From Eledone cirrhosa (lineage: Eukaryota), in NCBI GenBank assembly GCA_964016885.1, contig OZ024741.1, forward strand, positions 88,598,001 through 88,662,000: a DNA stretch of 64,000 bases, in the 5' to 3' direction. Made by a program: the position numbers and the translations under genes. The notes under the pieces are model-generated. The model was given only the letters and a program-made list of their open reading frames with translations, ran no database searches and had not been told where the DNA came from. Below are positions 58,791 through 64,000 of this stretch, one piece after another; positions within the stretch are counted from its first letter, which is position 1, and every line of letters starts with the position of its first letter.

Positions 58791-58985
58791 TTGCAATCCC
58801 AGTTCAGATGGATCGGTCATGTCAGAGTGAGTGATAATAGAATTCTTAACATCCTCATCTATAGCCAATTCCATAATAGAAGGAAAAATACAAGAGGTCT
58901 ATGTTTGAGATATAAGGACAGGCTCAAAGTTAAACTGAAAGCGACAAAGATTCCTCCAGAAACATTTGAGAGAACTGTATTGAAT
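58791..58985 (+). mobile_element. C-terminal fragment of a second RTE-type LINE family
   Basis: QFRWIGHV.(R).SDNRI...IYSQ........G..LRYKDRLK motif in ORF 58791..59018. Confidence 0.6.
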
Positions 58986-59113
58986 TGGTATAAAGCCATA
59001 AAGAAATCTATGAAATAAGCCCCAGTGAGTTATGAACTCAGGACACAGAGAACCAGAACAAATACCACCAAGTATTTTAGTCCAACTCTCTACTGATTTT
59101 GCTAATTCACCAC

Positions 59114-59164
<51 letters not shown>

Positions 59165-62100
59165 AATATTGTAAGCATATAGTTATCATCTTTGTTATAT
59201 CACAAAAGAAGAAGAAAAGATATTCTGAATACAAGAAATAATGAAAAGTGGTGATTAAGCTTGATTAATTCATGGATTCAATTTATTGCTATCTTAAAGT
59301 TTATATTTCACCAATTAATAATTGAACATTAAGAAACATTTCAGATTACATAACAGTATGACATTTGCTATAGAGGTAGCATGCATGTGTGTGGGGTGTG
59401 GGTGAAATGTAGATTTGTTGTTATTGAGGAAATATATTCTATGGAATATAGGAGGGCAGATATGATGAATGGGGTACAGCTCAGCTGTTGTTTCAATTAA
59501 AACTTGAGAGACTTTATTTTCAGGGAATTATACCTATGCCACTGGTTGTGTGAATGTAATTCTATTGTGTAGGCATTGAGAAATGGAGACTGTATACCAT
59601 AAGTGTCACACCTAACCACTAGATCATGATTTTTCCATTGCTATACTTTATATTGTCATCTTGTCAAATATAATGAATGATATATGAAACAAAGACTGAG
59701 AAAGAAATCTGTGGCAACAGGCTTTCTTCTACATGTTTCATTACATACACAGAGTTCTTGGCTCAATCTCCTTGTATGGCACCTTGAATAAATATCTTCT
59801 ATATAGCATCAGGATGTAAGTGAAAGAAACTGTGAGTGAGAAAATGTACTGAAGCCCATTGTGTATACAGACACACACAAATACATGTGTGAACTCATGT
59901 TTGTTGGACCTCCATCAATTTTGGCAATGAGTTTCAGTTGTTTGAATAAAGGAATAGCCTGCTCTTGACATTAACGTACAAGTGGCAGGATTCCACAGTG
60001 TACCCTTTACATAGTTCTCAGGGAGATTCAATAGGAAATAGTATGTGATAAGGCTGGCTCCTTTGAATTAAAAGTATAACTCATTTTTGCCAGCTGAGTA
60101 GATTGGAGCAACATGCATTAAAATGTCTTGCTCAAGGACAAAACATGCCACCCAATCCAGGAATCCAGATCATGTCTTTACATACACATCATTGTTTGTA
60201 TGTCAACTTTTCCATGCTGGCATGGGTTGGATGGAACATTCTGTGGCACACTACACATATTTGATATTTTGTTTCTTCTGTTTGCACAGCCTAATCTAAA
60301 TTGTGTGCATGTGTGTGTTTGTTTCCACATGTGTCTTTTGCTCTATATTGACACTGCTTGGGCAGCCAGTGATGTTTGTTTATGTCCTGCAGATCACTGA
60401 CTTGACATGTAGAATAGGTACCTTACTAAAGAACATAATAAACAAGTTAATGTTGGCATCAAAAAGAACATCCAGTTGTATAATACTGTCTCAAGAGGTC
60501 TTGCTCAACCTATGCTAGTATGGAAAGAGTAGACATAAAAATGATGATTATACATACATAGCTTCGAATTGACCGATATTTTGATAGTGGGAATTGGTAA
60601 ACAAAAAGAGTGCAGAAGCCCCATTGTAAAAATGTATGTGTGCATGTGCACGTGTCAGTTGTTATTGTTATACTGGTCTTAAAACTGGTATTGTTTTTAT
60701 TGTACCTCTTTATATCCTGTAATTTAGTGGTTCAACAAATTTAGGTCGATGAAAATAAATATGAAACTATGATCAACTAAAACCATTCAAGGTGGTGCCC
60801 GAGCATGACCACTATGTAAGAATAGATAGATATATAAACCAATACAAGAATATATATATATTATATATAAGAGAGAGAGAGCTGAAAATCATATACAAGA
60901 ATAGACTAATAAAATTGACATATTTTTTTGTTATTTTCTAAAGACCCAAAACAAAAACTATCTGGATACAGATTTCCTAATGAAAAATGACAAAACCCCC
61001 AAAATATCAACAATAATTTCTTCTCTCTCTTGTAATGTTATTTCAAATGGTGGCAGATGTTGCTTCTAATGAGAGAAAGAGCCATGTGCAGAGTGGGTAT
61101 TTGGTAAAAGACAAAAACAATTCCTATTAGTGAGGTAGTCAGGTGATTCTAAACACCTGTCACTTACATGACAGATTATGTATTCAAGTTAGGTTTTTTT
61201 TCTCTTTTTTTAACAAAAAGAAACACAGGGTAAACATTTCTATGACTTTATTAGCAGTGACTTTTCAGCCAGAACTCTTACAATAAAAAACGAATGGCCC
61301 ATTTGTTACGGTGGTTTTAAAAATCATCATCTTTGTGTCAGTGAAATGTAATAGTGTACTAACATTTTAATAGTTCAATGGTTTACACCTGAGTAATAAT
61401 ACATATTTAAAACTTTTTTGTGATATATGTTCAATCACATACACACACATGTAACCCACTTCATAGAAAGCCAACATAAAATGATTACATACACACACAC
61501 ACATATGAACGTACATACATATATATATATATATATATATTCTCATAATCATCACCATTTTACATTATTTTCCATGCTGGCATAGATCAGATGAATTATC
61601 ATGTGTTGAGACTGGAGATCAGATGATATGTTCCCTTTCAGCTTCGATTCTACAGCTGGGAGTCTTTTCTAATGCCAACAACTTTACAGCATGTACTGGG
61701 TACATTTTGTATCATGTCACCAGCACCTTACTGTGTGCTATATATATATATATATACATATAGAGAGGGGGGGGGGGGGGGGGGGGGTATGTATATAATA
61801 AAGAGGTGGTATATATAATAGATAGAGAATGTGTACATGAAAGAGAGATATAGCGGGATAGAGAGAGATAGGCAATGTGTGTATGGGTTCAGTTTTATTG
61901 TATAATTTGCTTCCAAGAAATCTACATATTGAATGCATCAAATTGAAAGCAAAATGGTCATAATAAATGTTATTAATTTAGCTAACAAAATGTTTGAGTG
62001 TCAAAGACCGATGTAGACAGTGCTTATTTCTACATCCCAGCCAAAGGCATTAACAGACATTAAACAAAGAACACATTGGATAAGGCTCTTGTTTATTACA

Positions 62101-62884
62101 GGTAATTGTTTGTTGTTTTGTTTTGTTTTTTTTGTTTCTAAATTGAATTTAGTACTGTAATCACCTTATCCCTTACATTGCCTTGGCTATCAAAGGTTAA
62201 ACAGTCATACTCAGGGATAAAATGCACCACAGATGAGAGAGGCCAGTTTTAGAATGGCTCCTCCGCTAATCTCGTGGTGGCTATAACTGGAACCCAAAAT
62301 CTAAGGTCTCGCATACATATGAAGTGTATGAAATTTTAATATATACTAAATAACCTCTCTTGTACTAGATTGAGCTTTGTTTTCCTTGGCTTTTTATCTA
62401 CAGATATCCTGCACACACACATATATATGTGTGTGTGTGTGTATATATACATAGGTGCAAGAAAATTGCGTCCGTAGGCTATAATAAACCAATGAGCTGA
62501 ACACAGTATACCACGTTGATAGAATGTGCTGAATAGAACAAGCTACTGGAGAAATTCACACAAAATCTGAGATGAGATTACATACTGAGACATATCTGAG
62601 GATCTTTCAATTCCAGAGTTAGGTTCGATCAATAATAGATCGTTCCTTGAGCTGATTGACAGTGAAACATATGTAATATGTTATTATTAAATATGCTATG
62701 ATGCAACACTGACTCTTTGTTCCTTTATTCTTATACTATAATATATACACACTAATGCTCTATTTGTCCTGTAACTTAACAGTTTGACAAATCAAGGTTG
62801 ATAAATATAGGACACACACATATAATCATCAACTTATAGGATAACATTGAATGAAGAAAAATATAATCACATAGATTAACTTAC

Positions 62885-62996
62885 ATATCTTCTTTCATTC
62901 TAGATTCATTGTATTTTTTGTGGAAATCTAACAGTTCATTGAGGAGACCTCGCTGAAGCATGTCATCAACTCTTTTATCAAGACGTTTATTCAACA
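62885..62996 (-). CDS. TRIT1: TRIT1 internal exon (first one visible in the window): (V)[36 protein letters not shown](M)
   Basis: Manual translation. The [18 protein letters not shown] motif is typical of tRNA isopentenyltransferases. Acceptor ttcag, donor gtaagt. 112 bp, ends in phase 2 and joins the next exon in frame. Confidence 0.93.
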
Positions 62997-63151
62997 CTGA
63001 AGAACAAAATACAGAAACAAAAGATGTCTGATTATTGTTGATATCAATTTAAAAAGAATTTATCTTCGTTTAACTGTAAAGATTCTCTAAAAAGTAAGAG
63101 CAAAATTGAATAGACACATTACTTAATGCTATTTTGATGTAACATGAATTA

Positions 63152-63347
63152 CGAGGGTCAGCTGAAAAGTTCATAGGCTGACCAAGATGCTCTCATGGAA
63201 TGACCAAATGAGGTTTATTTTTCAACATTGTCCCTGGAAAGAAACAATGTAGTTATTAATAAGAAGAGTTGAAATTAATGCATGCAAGATTTCAAAATCT
63301 AGTATCATCCTTCATAGTCAGCCTATGAATATTTCAGCCAACTCTCG
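63152..63347 (-). mobile_element. Mariner-derived MITE of the same family as the element at 5578
   Basis: TIRs cgagggtcagctgaaaagttcataggctgac and gtcagcctatgaatatttcagccaactctcg with TA on both sides. The interior is the reverse complement of 5600-5695. Confidence 0.85.
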
Positions 63348-64000
63348 TAAGTTCAAATATTATTCAAGTCATCATAGATTTGTTCTTAGATGGGAACAGT
63401 TGATTAAAAATTTAGTAGTTAGTATCTGGTAAAAAAAAATAAAAAGAGTTCACCCATGTTGACACAGGTCCTTGGAAATTAAATTTTAGGGTTTAGAGAA
63501 AAACTAATCCAAGTATTGGAAAAACACATTGAAGACAATAAATGTTTTAGTGGATACAAGAAGTACAGCTGACATCATTGTCATCATCATCATCATCATC
63601 ATTTTAATGTCTGCTTTCCCTGCTAGCAAGGGTTGTATGGCTTTACATAGACCAAATCAGTACTGAAGCAGGACTACTGATCTCCCTGACAGGCCAGGAA
63701 CTGTGTTTTGCTTATATACTGTCTCACATTCTACCTTGTGCACAGGAGAGGTTGTCATGTCTTTAACACAACAGAGTCCTTCCAATCCTTTGTTTGGCAA
63801 GCTTTCTATAGCTGCATACCCTGCCTATATATATAGGTATTTAGTCAATTTGCAAGTTTGTTTTATTGAGTGTTGGTGATCTACATGAGTAATGCATCCA
63901 GTACATGCTGTAAAGTGGTTGGTGATAGGAAGGGCATCCAGCCATAGAAATCTTGCCAAAGGGTTGGGAGGACCCTTAGTTGCACCAAAGCCACATCAAC

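Overview
AT-rich eukaryotic DNA dense in transposons and microsatellites. The SINE/RTE/(TA)n repertoire suggests an octopus or other cephalopod (inference). The only host gene I can support is the 3' half of TRIT1 (tRNA isopentenyltransferase, Mod5/MiaA family) on the minus strand. It has 7 GT-AG exons with matching phases from 62996 down to the stop at 7518, and its 5' exons lie beyond the right edge. The introns and flanks hold RTE, CRE-like and Penelope-like retroelements, non-autonomous Helitrons, mariner, hAT and MULE-like MITEs, tRNA-derived SINEs, about 7 kb of (TA)n/(TATG)n, and a 200-N gap. The most notable feature is a near-perfect 469-bp tandem array (about 2.65 units, 28483-29723) inside the (TA)n tract. 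On the minus strand, which is the TRIT1 sense strand, it carries two intact minimal type I hammerhead ribozyme motifs. The array's 5' boundary falls within about 2 nt of the predicted self-cleavage site. This is a candidate retrozyme or Penelope-dependent circular-RNA system inside a housekeeping-gene intron.
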